Below are positions 37,188 to 47,330 of a stretch of DNA of 64,000 nucleotides, one piece after another (positions within the stretch are counted from its first letter, which is position 1; each line of letters opens with the position of its first letter). This DNA comes from Desulfovibrio sp. (GTDB lineage: Bacteria > Bacillota > Dethiobacteria > DTU022). The notes under the pieces were generated by a model. It saw only the letters and a program-made list of their open reading frames with translations, had not been told where the DNA came from and did no database searches. Made by a program: the position numbers and the translations under genes. Location of the stretch: positions 16,788 through 80,787 of the forward strand of contig JAGUZX010000026.1 of assembly GCA_020060545.1 (NCBI GenBank), written 5' to 3'.

Positions 37188-37416
37188 TTCGGAGCGATTT
37201 ATTTAAGCTGCCTTTTGCCTGCGATTGCCAACCGGGAACCTGCAGCATATCAAATCAAAATGGCATTAAACCGTTCTTGGCCGTAATCTGCGCAAACACC
37301 GCCAGAATATGGCTCTGATTCAAAATAATCCCGCCCCCTGTTTGCCTCGGTAGACTGGCGGGGAGGGGCTGAATATGGTATAATGCCACTGGAAAATAAA
37401 AAAGGGGTGTCCTCAT

Positions 37417-38664
37417 TTGCGACGCATACATCTTTTTGGCTTGCTGATCATCCTCATCTTTTTCGCACTCGCCGCCCCAAAGTTAAACCTTCTCTTCTTC
37501 AACCAGCGCGGCGCCGGCACAGGACGGGAAGATGATTCCGGACAAGAACCGGGACCCGATCCCAAGCCGGACCTGCGGACGGTCAGGATCATCGCGGGCG
37601 GCGATATTACCGCGCACGACATTCAAATGCAGCAGGCCCATCTCGGCGACGGCAGGTATGATTTCAGCCCCAGCTTCGAATATATCGCCCCTTACCTCCG
37701 CGCGGCGGACCTGGCGGTGGCGGATTTTGAAACCGGCCAGGCCGGGGCCGCATACGGCTATCACGCTTATCCGGCTTTCAACGCCCCGCTGGAGCTTTCC
37801 CGGGCCGCCAGGGAAGCCGGGATCGACCTGGTCGCCACGGCAAACAACCACTCCCTGGATATGGGCTTAAGCGGGCTTAAAGCGACCCTTGATAACCTGC
37901 GGGCGGCGGGGCTGAAAACCTTCGGCACCTACAAGAGCCGTGAAGAACAGCAGGCTCCCCTGATCATAGAGGTAAACGGGATCAGGCTCGCCTTTCTTTC
38001 CTACACCTACGGCACCAACGGTATCCCGGTGCCCCAGGGGCACGAATATGCCGTCAACTTAATCGAAGACTTCCATACCCTGGACCCGATCAGCAGCGAG
38101 ATCGGCCGCGCCCGGGCCGCCGGGGCGGACCTGGTCGCCGTCTACATGCACTGGGGCGATATGTATGTTTTTGAACCGACAGAGCGGCAGAAAGAGATTG
38201 CCAGGGAGCTGGCCGCGGCGGGAGCGGACCTGATCCTGGGCGGGCACCAGCACGTGATCCAGCCGATGGAATGGATCGAGATTGCGCAACCGGACGGTTC
38301 AACCCGCTCCTCCCTGGTGACCTACTCCATGGGCAATTTCATCTCCAACCAGCATTATAGCCCCGGCCCTCCGAATTTTATCCCCACTCCCGCGGTGCAG
38401 TACGGGTTGTTGGTAGACATCGAAATTACCAAGGACATGGAGAGCGGAGAAACCCGGATAAGCGGCGCCGATTACGAGATCATCTGGGTCCACCGGCTCT
38501 GGCGCCACCGCATTCTGCCTTTGTCCGCGGTCTTCAGCGAAGGGCCGGCTAAATTCAACCTGACCGAAGCGGAGCACAATGAACTCCAGAAAGGTTTTCA
38601 ATTTAATCAAAATGTGGTCGAGAGATTCGGCTTTTCCGCGAACAAACCGGCAGGCGTGAAATAA
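37417..38664 (+). CDS. CapA/PGA_cap family metallophosphatase-like membrane-anchored protein
   Basis: GGDITAH, ATANNHSLD, YTYGTNG, MHWG, ILGGHQHVIQP, YSMGNF. Confidence 0.9.
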   Translation: MRRIHLFGLLIILIFFALAAPKLNLLFFNQRGAGTGREDDSGQEPGPDPKPDLRTVRIIAGGDITAHDIQMQQAHLGDGRYDFSPSFEYIAPYLRAADLAVADFETGQAGAAYGYHAYPAFNAPLELSRAAREAGIDLVATANNHSLDMGLSGLKATLDNLRAAGLKTFGTYKSREEQQAPLIIEVNGIRLAFLSYTYGTNGIPVPQGHEYAVNLIEDFHTLDPISSEIGRARAAGADLVAVYMHWGDMYVFEPTERQKEIARELAAAGADLILGGHQHVIQPMEWIEIAQPDGSTRSSLVTYSMGNFISNQHYSPGPPNFIPTPAVQYGLLVDIEITKDMESGETRISGADYEIIWVHRLWRHRILPLSAVFSEGPAKFNLTEAEHNELQKGFQFNQNVVERFGFSANKPAGVK

Positions 38665-38723
38665 AACTATAAATAGTCTTGCCGGGATAAACTAAACTCA
38701 CATCTTCTTTAACGAGGCTAAAA

Positions 38724-39884
38724 GTGAAAATAGGCGTTTTTACCGACAGCTTCCGTCCCTATACCAGCGGTGTGGTCCGCTCGATCGAGCTTTTTACCAG
38801 GGAGTTTAACGCCCGGGGGCACGAGGTGTTTATTTTCGGACCCGACTACCCCCTCCTCCACTATCCCCGGGAAGAAAAAGTGTTTCGCTTCGCTTCCATC
38901 CCCGCCCCGACCATGCCCGATTTTGCCCTGCCGATCCCGATCTCCGTCCAGTTGGGGCCGACGATCCGCCGCCTCGGGTTGGATATTATCCATGTGCACT
39001 CGCCCTTCCTCCTGGGAAGGCTGGGCGCCAGGGCCGCCCGGCGCTTCCGGCTGCCGCTGGTGTTTACCTTTCACACCCTCTACGACCAGTACGTCCACTA
39101 CCTGCCGGTGGCGCAGCAGACTTCGCGCCGCCTGGTGGAAATAATCGGCCGCGACTTCTGCAACCGCTGTGACCTGGTCGTTACTCCCTCTCGCCTGGTG
39201 ATGAACTACCTGCGCCGCATCGGCGTGCGGAGCACCATTCAAACCATCCCCACCGGCGTGGACCTGGAAGAATTCAAGGAACTGGACCGGCAATGGCTGC
39301 AGGCAAACTACGGCGTCGGCCCCGCGGAAAAAGTGCTTCTATTTGTGGGACGGTTGGGCAAGGAAAAGAATGTGGCCTTCCTGCTTAAATCATTCCAGAT
39401 AGTGCAAAACTTAATCCCGCAGGTGCGGCTGGTCCTGGTAGGCAAGGGGCCGCTGGAAGGCTACCTGAAAAACCTTAGCCGCCAACTCGGGATCCAGGAT
39501 CGGGTGATCTTCACCGGGGTCCTGCCCCGCCAGAAGATCGTGCACTGCTATGCCAGCGCCGATATCTTTGTTTTCCCCTCCGTGACGGAGACCCAGGGGC
39601 TGGTCATCGGTGAAGCGAAGGCCGCGGGACTTCCGGTAGTGGCGATCCGGGCCTTCGGCCCGGCGGAAATGGTGCAGCACGGGGAAGACGGATTCCTGAC
39701 CGACCTTTCCCTTGCTTCGTTCACCGAAAGAATCCTTGGGCTGCTGCAGGACAGGGAGCTCTACCAGGCGATGCGCGGCAAGGCCCTGGAAAACGCAACC
39801 CTTCTTTCTTCCTCATCCTGCGCCGGCCAGATGATCGACGCTTACCAAAACCTGCTCGCCTCCCGGGAGCTGTTTGTGGGTTAA
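38724..39884 (+). CDS. GT4 glycosyltransferase (glucosyl-diacylglycerol synthase-like)
   Basis: IGVFTDSF.P..SGVV.S, HVHSPF, FHTLY, VGRLGKEKN, ETQGLVIGEA. Confidence 0.9.
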   Translation: MKIGVFTDSFRPYTSGVVRSIELFTREFNARGHEVFIFGPDYPLLHYPREEKVFRFASIPAPTMPDFALPIPISVQLGPTIRRLGLDIIHVHSPFLLGRLGARAARRFRLPLVFTFHTLYDQYVHYLPVAQQTSRRLVEIIGRDFCNRCDLVVTPSRLVMNYLRRIGVRSTIQTIPTGVDLEEFKELDRQWLQANYGVGPAEKVLLFVGRLGKEKNVAFLLKSFQIVQNLIPQVRLVLVGKGPLEGYLKNLSRQLGIQDRVIFTGVLPRQKIVHCYASADIFVFPSVTETQGLVIGEAKAAGLPVVAIRAFGPAEMVQHGEDGFLTDLSLASFTERILGLLQDRELYQAMRGKALENATLLSSSSCAGQMIDAYQNLLASRELFVG

Positions 39885-39904
39885 AACGGCGGCCCTTATA
39901 GATT

Positions 39905-39932
39905 TAACGGGCCGCCCCAAAGCGGCCCGTTA
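39905..39932. terminator. Hairpin between the GT4 gene and the tRNA (bidirectional terminator)
   Basis: TAACGGGCCGC...GCGGCCCGTTA. Confidence 0.7.
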
Positions 39933-39940
39933 TTTGCTAC

Positions 39941-40014
39941 TGGCTGCGGGACTAGGGATCGAACCTAGGCTTTATGATCCAGAGTCACACGTGCTGCCGC
40001 TACACCATCCCGCA
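39941..40014 (-). tRNA. tRNA-Gln(CUG)
   Basis: 74-nt cloverleaf UGCGGGA...UCCCGCA-GCCA; anticodon loop CU-CUG-GA; GGUUCGAUCC T-arm; CCA encoded. Confidence 0.96.
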
Positions 40015-40025
40015 CCGCCTCAACC

Positions 40026-40054
40026 ATTATAACAAAAAGAGAGATACGAATCAA
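40026..40054 (-). promoter_or_regulatory. Sigma-A promoter of tRNA-Gln
   Basis: TTGATT-N17-TATAAT with TG extension. Confidence 0.7.
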
Positions 40055-40151
40055 GGAACCCCAACATTCATTCAGAATGCCTGACCGCATCGCCATTAAC
40101 GCCGATCCAAAACCGCGCGCCAGGAGGGCAAAAGCGATACTGGCGGGAGGG

Positions 40152-41606
40152 TTACCATCCTTTGCCTTCAATATAACGGGCCGCTTCTTCCAGGCGGCGG
40201 ACCGTTTTTTCCCGGCCCAGGAGGACCATGATCTCAAAAAGGCCGGGGCCCATGGTCCGTCCGGACAGGGCCAGGCGGGTGGGATGAATCAGCCGCGCCG
40301 CCGGTATGCCCAGCTCTTCGCTCAAAGCGCGGTAGGCCGATTCGGCGCTTTCCAGGCTAAAAGGATTCAAACCGCGCAGCCGCTCCGCCGCCAGGCGCAG
40401 CAGCCCGGCGGCGCCTTCCTTTTGGAAGTGCTTCTGCTCCCCTTTTTCATCGTACGACTCCGGAGCACGGTAAAAGTATGCGGAAGCCTCGGCCAGCTCG
40501 GCCAGGGTTTTTACCCGGTCCCGCACCGCCTCCACGACCCGTTCCAAATAGGAAAGATCCGCTCCGGCCAGGGGTGCGCGCAGCAGCCCCGCCGCTTCAA
40601 AAAAAGGCGCCGCCAGTCCGGCAATTCGCTCCAGGGAAGCTTCTCGCAGGTAGTGGCCGTTCATCCAGGTCAGCTTGGCCACATCGTAAACCGCCGCGGT
40701 TTTATTGATCCGATCCAGGGAGAAAGTCCGGATCATTTCGGCCAGATCGATGATTTCTTCCTCGCCGGGCGACCAGCCCAGAAGGGCGATGTAATTGAGG
40801 ATCGCTTCCGGCAGGTAGCCCTGGACCCTGAATTCTTCAACCGCGGTCGCGCCGTGGCGCTTGCTGAGCTTGCTGCGATCCGGGGCCAGGATCATCGGCA
40901 CATGGACGTAGCGCGGCAGCCGGTATCCCAATAACAGGGCGCAAAGCTGCTGGCGCGGCGTATTGGAAAGGTGCTCTTCAGCCCTGATGACATGGCTGAT
41001 CCGCATCTGTTCATCGTCGACAACGCTGGCAAAATTGTAAGTGGGCAAGCCGTTTGACTTGACGATAATAAAGTCGTCCAGGGTGGAGTTGTCAAAGCGG
41101 ACCTCTCCCCTGATTTCATCCACTACCACTGTTTCCCCCTGATCGGGAGTAAGAAGGCGCACCACTTGAGGGCGCCCCTCGGCCTGGAAAGCCCTCTCCT
41201 CTTCCGGGGGCAGCGTGCGGCATCTCCCCGGATAGAGGTAAGGTTTCCCGGCCTTGCGGGCTTCAGCCCGCCCTGCTGCAAGTTCATCCGGAGTGCAGTA
41301 ACAGTGGTAGGCCTTCTTTTCCGCCAAAAGGCGGGCAGCCTCGCGGCCGTATTCCGGCAAGCGCTGCGACTGGTAGTAGGGACCTTCGTCCCATTCCAGG
41401 CCCAACCAGTGCAGCGAGTTAAAGAGGGCGTCAACATATTCCGGGCGGGATCGCTCCTGGTCGGTATCATCCACACGCAGGATAAATTTCCCCCCGCAGG
41501 CCCGGGCAAACAAGAAGTTAAAAAGAGCGGTCCGGGCGCTGCCGACGTGCAGCTCTCCGGTGGGGCTGGGAGCAAACCTCACCCTGATATCAGACAACAG
41601 ATCCAC
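40152..41606 (-). CDS. gltX: Glutamate-tRNA ligase
   Basis: RFAPSPTGELHVG (HIGH), CYC Zn motif, PTYNFASVVDD, KLSKRHGA, anticodon domain present. Confidence 0.96.
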   Translation of the reverse strand: MDLLSDIRVRFAPSPTGELHVGSARTALFNFLFARACGGKFILRVDDTDQERSRPEYVDALFNSLHWLGLEWDEGPYYQSQRLPEYGREAARLLAEKKAYHCYCTPDELAAGRAEARKAGKPYLYPGRCRTLPPEEERAFQAEGRPQVVRLLTPDQGETVVVDEIRGEVRFDNSTLDDFIIVKSNGLPTYNFASVVDDEQMRISHVIRAEEHLSNTPRQQLCALLLGYRLPRYVHVPMILAPDRSKLSKRHGATAVEEFRVQGYLPEAILNYIALLGWSPGEEEIIDLAEMIRTFSLDRINKTAAVYDVAKLTWMNGHYLREASLERIAGLAAPFFEAAGLLRAPLAGADLSYLERVVEAVRDRVKTLAELAEASAYFYRAPESYDEKGEQKHFQKEGAAGLLRLAAERLRGLNPFSLESAESAYRALSEELGIPAARLIHPTRLALSGRTMGPGLFEIMVLLGREKTVRRLEEAARYIEGKGW

Positions 41607-41746
41607 ATCCTTTGGTTTGATTTACCTTCTGTAATATACCATATCCTGTATCGAAATGCTATAGCTACCCCGCCACAGATTGAGATTTGCACGCTCCTGA
41701 AAGATGGCCTCGAATTTTGACGCTACCGGTAGGCGCAAGACCCGCT

Positions 41747-43165
41747 CTACGGAATACTCTCACCTCCTGCCGCGGTATTTTCTTCCTCATCCCCTGGCGG
41801 TGGGGCAAATTCGAAAGCGGGAACGCTTCTCCCGATCCGGTAGACTGTAGCCAGGGGCCGATAATAATTGCGGGCCAGCAGTTCCCGGGAGATTTCCTCG
41901 CCGCCCCGGAAGACCACCCGCCAGGTTGTAATATAATAACCCGGGCTGCCCGTACGAACCAGTTCTGTTACTCCCGCGGGGAGTTCATCGGTCTCTTCAT
42001 AGCGAACCGGTGACGGCACCTTCCGGAAGCCGGAGGTGTGGATTTCGACTCTCTCTTCCATGGGCGGGCCGAAAATGCGGAAAGTAAGCCGTGAACCTGA
42101 CAGCTCAGCGCCGATTAAAATATAGTGGTCACGGTTGTTCTGAAATTTTAAGTCGGCGTATCCCAGCGATATCGTGGCATCACGGCCTATTGGAAGGTAA
42201 TCGACGATCAAACTGTGGTTGTGTCTTTCAACAATGGATAGATTGGCCAACAGGGCGGCGTTGTAAAGCGTAGAAGATACCTGGCACAACCCCCCGCCCA
42301 GGCCGGGAACGATCTCTTCACCGGAAATAACCGGCGCCGGCCGGTAACCTTTTTCCTTTGAAGCGGCTCCGATCACCCGGTTAAAGGAAAAGATTTCACC
42401 GGGCGCGAGCAGGTATCCGTTGATCGCCTCCGCACCGAGGCGGACATTATGATCGCGATCCGGGTTGCCCGGCGGCAGGTCGGTAAAAAAAAATACCATC
42501 ACCTGCTGCACCCCGTAATCCCGCAGATCATCTGCCGTCCGGGCGGCGGGCCAATCACCGACCGGGATCGCCATTGTGGAGTCACCCTCACGCAGTGCCT
42601 GAATAATCCCTTCCCGGAGCGCCCTTACTTTTAAGAAGCGGCCTTCCTGCTCAGGAATGATCATCACCGTTTCGGCACTGACCGCAAAAGTCGCATCATG
42701 CGGCGGCCGGTAAATCTTTTCAGCCAGCTCCGCCATAAAATGCGCCGCTGCCGCGTCGTTTGCATTTACAAGGCTCTCTACAACAAGCTTTTCCCCATAC
42801 ACCAGGTAGCGCAGTCTCTGCTTGAAACCGGCCCAACCCCTCCCGGCTTGGTAAAGCTGTTGCAGCGTAGCCGGTAAATCGCAGTGGAAACCGATGTCAG
42901 CCGGTAAAAGGACTTTGATTACTTTATCTTCAAGGATAAAAGAAATTTCGCGGGAGGCCAGAAAACTCGTTTCCAGCTGTTGCTTTGCGTCTTCCAACAG
43001 GCATCCCCCCAGGGGCGCCTGATTATGATAAACGCCGGGATAAAGCCGGTTGCGGTAATAGAAATAATCGATTAAGACTACTGCGCCGGCACAGATAAGA
43101 AATAAAATAGATCCCAGAACCCACTTGCCGCGCAGAGACCGCTTCAGGCACTCTTTCACCTTCAA
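41747..43165 (-). CDS. VanW family protein with PG-binding and G5 domains
   Basis: N-terminal TM; FSFNRVIG, GGGLCQVSSTLYNAAL, ERHNHS, GRDAT, DLKFQN; G5-like C-terminus. Confidence 0.9.
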   Translation of the reverse strand: MKVKECLKRSLRGKWVLGSILFLICAGAVVLIDYFYYRNRLYPGVYHNQAPLGGCLLEDAKQQLETSFLASREISFILEDKVIKVLLPADIGFHCDLPATLQQLYQAGRGWAGFKQRLRYLVYGEKLVVESLVNANDAAAAHFMAELAEKIYRPPHDATFAVSAETVMIIPEQEGRFLKVRALREGIIQALREGDSTMAIPVGDWPAARTADDLRDYGVQQVMVFFFTDLPPGNPDRDHNVRLGAEAINGYLLAPGEIFSFNRVIGAASKEKGYRPAPVISGEEIVPGLGGGLCQVSSTLYNAALLANLSIVERHNHSLIVDYLPIGRDATISLGYADLKFQNNRDHYILIGAELSGSRLTFRIFGPPMEERVEIHTSGFRKVPSPVRYEETDELPAGVTELVRTGSPGYYITTWRVVFRGGEEISRELLARNYYRPLATVYRIGRSVPAFEFAPPPGDEEENTAAGGESIP

Positions 43166-43283
43166 TAAACATGACCTCGCGGAATTTACTTTTTTTTTAG
43201 CATATGAAAGTTGAAGAACCTTTTATGCAAAAAAAAATACCTGCACCAGGTATAATTGATCGGCTAAATGCCATAATATAAAA

Positions 43284-43347
43284 GGAACCTCACGAGGCGC
43301 GATGTTATTTGTAACGATGTTACAATAACGAAGCTTCGTGGGGTTCC
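43284..43347. other. Long intergenic stem-loop (terminator of oadB or structured RNA)
   Basis: GGAACCTCACGAGGC/GCTTCGTGGGGTTCC outer stem plus GTTATTTGTAAC/GTTACAATAAC inner stem. Confidence 0.55.
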
Positions 43348-43351
43348 GTTC

Positions 43352-44500
43352 TTAGTTGAGGATAGACAAAAGGATACCCGCCGCCACGGCCGAACCGATT
43401 ACCCCTGCTACATTTGGACCCATGGCATGCATCAGCAGGTAATTTTGCGGGTTGGCTTTTTTGCCCTCGGCTTGAGATACCCTGGCCGCCATCGGGACGG
43501 CGGATACACCGGCCGAACCGATCAGCGGGTTGATCGCTCCCTTGGTGACGACATAAAGCAGCTTCCCCATCAGGACGCCGCCGGCGGTACCGAAAGCGAA
43601 GGCGACGGCCCCCAGGGCGATAATCATCAGCGTTTCCGGAGTCAGGAATTTAGCGGCTTGCGCCTTGGCGCCCACGGACAGCCCCAGCAGGATCACGACG
43701 ATATTGATTAATTCAAATTGAGCGGTTTTGCTCAACCGTTCGGTGACGCCGCATTCGCGGATCAGGTTGCCGAACATGAGCATCCCCAGCAGGGGCAGGG
43801 CGGCCGGCAGCAGCAACCCCGTGATCATGATCGTGATCACTGGAAACAGTATTTTTTCAGTCCTGGAGACGGGGCGCAGCTGCTGCATCACTACGGCGCG
43901 TTCCTTGGGCGTAGTGAGAAGGCGCATAATCGGCGGCTGGATAAACGGGACCAGGGCCATGTACGAATAGGCGGCGATGGCGATGGGGCCTACCAGCTTT
44001 GGGGCGAGCCGGGTGGCCAGGAAGATGGCCGTGGGTCCGTCCGCGCCGCCAATAATCCCGATGGCGCCCGCATCCTGCGGCGTAAAATGAAACCAGGGCG
44101 TTGAGTTTAATAAGATCGCCCCGATAAAAGTGAGGAAGATACCCAGTTGCGCCGCCGCCCCTAAGAGCAGCGTAATCGGGTTGGCAATCAGGGGGCCGAA
44201 ATCGGTCATCGCGCCGATCCCGAGAAAAATCAGCGGCGGGTAGATACCCAGATCCAGGCCGCGGGAAAGATACCACAGCAGGCCGCCAAGCTCCCCTTCG
44301 GCCGCCTCCTTCATCAGGTCGGCCAGCGGCAGGTTCACCAGCAGCATGCCAAAGCCGATCGGCACCAGTAAAAGCGGTTCAAATTTTCTGACGATGCCCA
44401 GGTAAAGCAAGATGCAGGCGATTAGGACCATCAGGACTTGGCTCAGGGTCAGATTATAAAAACCTGTATTTTGAATAAATTCCAGGATCATTTGCAGCAT
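43352..44500 (-). CDS. oadB: Na+-translocating decarboxylase beta subunit
   Basis: [65 protein letters not shown]. Confidence 0.95.
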   Translation of the reverse strand: MLQMILEFIQNTGFYNLTLSQVLMVLIACILLYLGIVRKFEPLLLVPIGFGMLLVNLPLADLMKEAAEGELGGLLWYLSRGLDLGIYPPLIFLGIGAMTDFGPLIANPITLLLGAAAQLGIFLTFIGAILLNSTPWFHFTPQDAGAIGIIGGADGPTAIFLATRLAPKLVGPIAIAAYSYMALVPFIQPPIMRLLTTPKERAVVMQQLRPVSRTEKILFPVITIMITGLLLPAALPLLGMLMFGNLIRECGVTERLSKTAQFELINIVVILLGLSVGAKAQAAKFLTPETLMIIALGAVAFAFGTAGGVLMGKLLYVVTKGAINPLIGSAGVSAVPMAARVSQAEGKKANPQNYLLMHAMGPNVAGVIGSAVAAGILLSILN

Positions 44501-44543
44501 TTTTCTCTCCCCTTATTTAGGTTATGGATCGAAAATGGCGTAT

Positions 44544-44957
44544 TTAACCGATCGTCAACAAGGGGTCCCCGCTGTTAACCGTATCTCCTTTCTGGACCAG
44601 GACCGCGGTTACAGAACCGGCTCTGGGAGCTGTAACCTCGTTTTCCATTTTCATCGCTTCCAAGATGAGAAGCACATCTCCTTCTTTTACCGCCTCCCCT
44701 TCCCGGACCTTTACATCGATGATTGAGCCCGGCATGGGAGCGGTTATACTAAATCCCGCGGCGGGGGCGCTTTTTTCTCCTGTCGATACTGGTTTTGAAG
44801 AAGGATTTTGCGGCGTTTCCTGTTCAACCGGGGCTGGGGATACCGTTGTCGCTGCTGTTTTGGCCGGCTTGCTTACCGGCGGCGGAACTTTCTCGTCAAG
44901 CTCTTCAACCGTAACGGTGTACGCTTGTCCATCTACAGTGACCTTAAACTTTTTCAT
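44544..44957 (-). CDS. Biotin carboxyl carrier protein of the decarboxylase
   Basis: Ala/Pro linker, APMPG, LEAMKMENE. Confidence 0.93.
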   Translation of the reverse strand: MKKFKVTVDGQAYTVTVEELDEKVPPPVSKPAKTAATTVSPAPVEQETPQNPSSKPVSTGEKSAPAAGFSITAPMPGSIIDVKVREGEAVKEGDVLLILEAMKMENEVTAPRAGSVTAVLVQKGDTVNSGDPLLTIG

Positions 44958-45339
44958 TCAACCTTTTCCTCCTTAAACGTTCTACTTCCAGGCTGCTTTC
45001 CAACAGCGTCTTTCTCCCGGCCGCCGCCCAATTTTTAACTATACCCGGCCTGGCGGCGGCGCCTGGCGAAATTGAAATGCGTACCGGACGGTCAGGATGT
45101 CCGTGCCTAAGGGAGTATATTGCGGCTGTTATCACCGCCGCAACATGAACCGGGATGCCGGCGGCCAAAACAGTCGCCGCTTTCGTCCGGCAGACCGGAG
45201 CGGCAGGCTCCGCCTTTTTCACGGTACGGTTTAAGAGACGGCTAAAAATGATCAGGATAAAATATAAGAGCAACAGGGTAACCATGACCACGGAGAAGCC
45301 AAGAAAAAGGACCTTTAATGCAAATGACATTTCATCCAA
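44944..45339 (-). CDS. OadG/delta-type decarboxylase subunit
   Basis: N-terminal TM (LGFSVVMVTLLLL), AAVITAAI, WAAAGR; TTG start after GGGAGG. Confidence 0.82.
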   Translation of the reverse strand: MDEMSFALKVLFLGFSVVMVTLLLLYFILIIFSRLLNRTVKKAEPAAPVCRTKAATVLAAGIPVHVAAVITAAIYSLRHGHPDRPVRISISPGAAARPGIVKNWAAAGRKTLLESSLEVERLRRKRLNEKV

Positions 45340-45437
45340 TACTGCTTCAGCCTCCCGCCGGAAAATCATTGATGCTATTTTACCATGTCTGCGCCTCTTT
45401 TGAAAAGGGCCGTTACAGCCATTTTAGGCGCGGTGGA

Positions 45438-46262
45438 TTAGCTGAAGCGCTCTTTTTTGATTTGTTCCAGATAACGGTAGGGAACAGCCACGCAGCCGGG
45501 CTTAATGGCACGGTAACTGCAGTCACCGTGGAAATCTGAACCTCCGGTGATTAACAGGCCCTTCTCCAGGGCCCGGCCGTAATAATACCGCTGTAGTTCC
45601 GGGTTGTGATCAGGGTGAAAAACTTCCACCCCCCTAAGCCCCAGAGGGATCAGTTTTTCAAGAATCCTTCTTCCCTTCAATCCCGGGTGGGCCAATACCG
45701 GCACCGCTCCGGCGTCACGCAGGACCATGATCGCCTGCGCCGGTTCCAAGGCGCTCCGGGGGACAAAAGCAGGTCGGCCCTGCTGCAGGAATAAAGTAAA
45801 GGCTTCAGCTATGTTTTGCACTAATTTGTTTTTCAGCATTGCCCGGGCCAGGTGTAATCTGCCGGGGGCCGCCGGCTCCGCTTCCGCAAAAACGTCATCG
45901 GGTGGCAGGTTAATACCCAGGCTGCTTAACCGGGAGAGGATCTTTTCCATGCGCCGGTAACGCTCCAGGCGCAGTTCGGCCAGTATCTTTTTCAGCTTCT
46001 CCGCTTCCGGGTAATAGCCAAGAATATGAATTTCCGTATTTTGCTCATGGGTGCTGATCTCCACACCCGGCACAACTTCGATCCTGCAGTCAAGTCCGGC
46101 TGACAGGGCCTGTTCCACGCCGTCAATCGCGTCGTGGTCTGTTATCGCCGCCGCCTCAAGCCCTGCGCCGGCAGCGAGTTCGATCAACCTGCCCGGTGAG
46201 AAAACACCGTCCGAGATATTGCTGTGCAGGTGCAGATCAACAAGCCTGTCTTCCTTATGCAT
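45438..46262 (-). CDS. PHP domain phosphoesterase (TrpH/YciV-like)
   Basis: DLHLHSNISDG, ITDHD, GVEIS, HILGY, LAHP, TGGSDFHG. Confidence 0.92.
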   Translation of the reverse strand: MHKEDRLVDLHLHSNISDGVFSPGRLIELAAGAGLEAAAITDHDAIDGVEQALSAGLDCRIEVVPGVEISTHEQNTEIHILGYYPEAEKLKKILAELRLERYRRMEKILSRLSSLGINLPPDDVFAEAEPAAPGRLHLARAMLKNKLVQNIAEAFTLFLQQGRPAFVPRSALEPAQAIMVLRDAGAVPVLAHPGLKGRRILEKLIPLGLRGVEVFHPDHNPELQRYYYGRALEKGLLITGGSDFHGDCSYRAIKPGCVAVPYRYLEQIKKERFS

Positions 46263-47235
46263 CGCCGCAATCACTTTCCGGCAGATTTAGCCTTAGTAAT
46301 CGTTTTACATTGCCTCCGGAAACCAATTCCAGTTCCGTTTCGTTAAATCCTCTTTCGGCAAGGGCCTCCTGCAGGATACCGTAACAGGAGGCATCGTTGA
46401 TCCCGTCCACCGTGGATTGAATGCCGTCAAAGTCGGAGCCGATCGCCACATGTTCTACTCCCGCCACCGCGGCAACGTGGATAAAGTGGTCTACCAGCTG
46501 ATCCAACCGCGCGGTCTCCTGGCCCGAAACAAACGGAGGGTAAAAACTGATCCCGACCGCCCCTCCTTTCTCCGCCAGGGCCCTGATCTGCTCGTCGGTC
46601 AGGTTGCGTGGATGGTCGCACAAACGCCTGGCATTGGTATGTGAAACCAGCGGCGGGCACGGCGCAATTTCCAGGGCCTCAAAGTAACCCCGTGGTGAAA
46701 TATGAGCCAGGTCGAGAATGATCCCCTTTTCGGCCATGATTTGAATTGCCTTGCGGCCCATGACGGTCAACCCGCCACCGGCGGCGGCCTCATTAATCCC
46801 GTCAGCGAACCAGTTCCGGTTGTTCCAGGTAGGAGAAAGGCACCGCACGCCCAAACGGAAAAATATATCCAGCAGCTCCAGGCTGCCTTCCAGCGGTTCC
46901 GCCCCCTCGAGCGCCAGCAGGCAGGCGATTTTCCCCTCTTTTTCGGCATCCGCCAGGTCAGCCAGGGTCTTGATTCCGGCCAGCGCATCACGATTTTCCA
47001 AGAGGCAATAATCGTAACGGTTGACATACTCCAAACCCTGCTTCAAATAATAACCGCCGGGTTTACCGAGAGCCGTGCAGATGGCAAAAAACTGCAGCGT
47101 TACACCACCCGCACGCAAGCGGGGCAGATCAATATGGCCGGTCGAATTGAGCCGCATAAACCGGTAGTCTGCCCGGTCCAACAGCAGAATCGTATCACAA
47201 TGACAATCGGTAATTGGAAAAGTTGCCTTAGCCAC
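46255..47235 (-). CDS. Membrane dipeptidase (peptidase M19)
   Basis: DCHCDT, GHIDLPRL, ALEGAE, DLAH, SHTN, HPRNLTD, IGSDFDG. Confidence 0.92.
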   Translation of the reverse strand: MAKATFPITDCHCDTILLLDRADYRFMRLNSTGHIDLPRLRAGGVTLQFFAICTALGKPGGYYLKQGLEYVNRYDYCLLENRDALAGIKTLADLADAEKEGKIACLLALEGAEPLEGSLELLDIFFRLGVRCLSPTWNNRNWFADGINEAAAGGGLTVMGRKAIQIMAEKGIILDLAHISPRGYFEALEIAPCPPLVSHTNARRLCDHPRNLTDEQIRALAEKGGAVGISFYPPFVSGQETARLDQLVDHFIHVAAVAGVEHVAIGSDFDGIQSTVDGINDASCYGILQEALAERGFNETELELVSGGNVKRLLRLNLPESDCGDA

Positions 47236-47262
47236 GTATACATTTTACTCTAGATATTAAAA

Positions 47263-47297
47263 AAAAACACCCTTCTTTATGATTAAAGGGTGTTTTA
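47263..47297 (-). terminator. Terminator after spoVS
   Basis: AAAACACCCTT...AAGGGTGTTTT with a long A-run on + (U-run on -). Confidence 0.75.
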
Positions 47298-47330
47298 TCT
47301 TTGAACCTTGGTTAGCGGGTTATGCTGCCG

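Noticed and set aside
37210..37235. Possible sigma-54 promoter (TTGGCA) upstream of AOR
   Set aside because: No GC at the required GG-N10-GC spacing
39941..40151. tRNA-Gln as an integration site of a genomic island
   Set aside because: No integrase and no duplicated tRNA 3' end seen in the window
41747..43165. Vancomycin resistance cluster
   Set aside because: The VanW-domain gene is alone, without vanHAX/RS; such genes are common chromosomal genes in spore-formers
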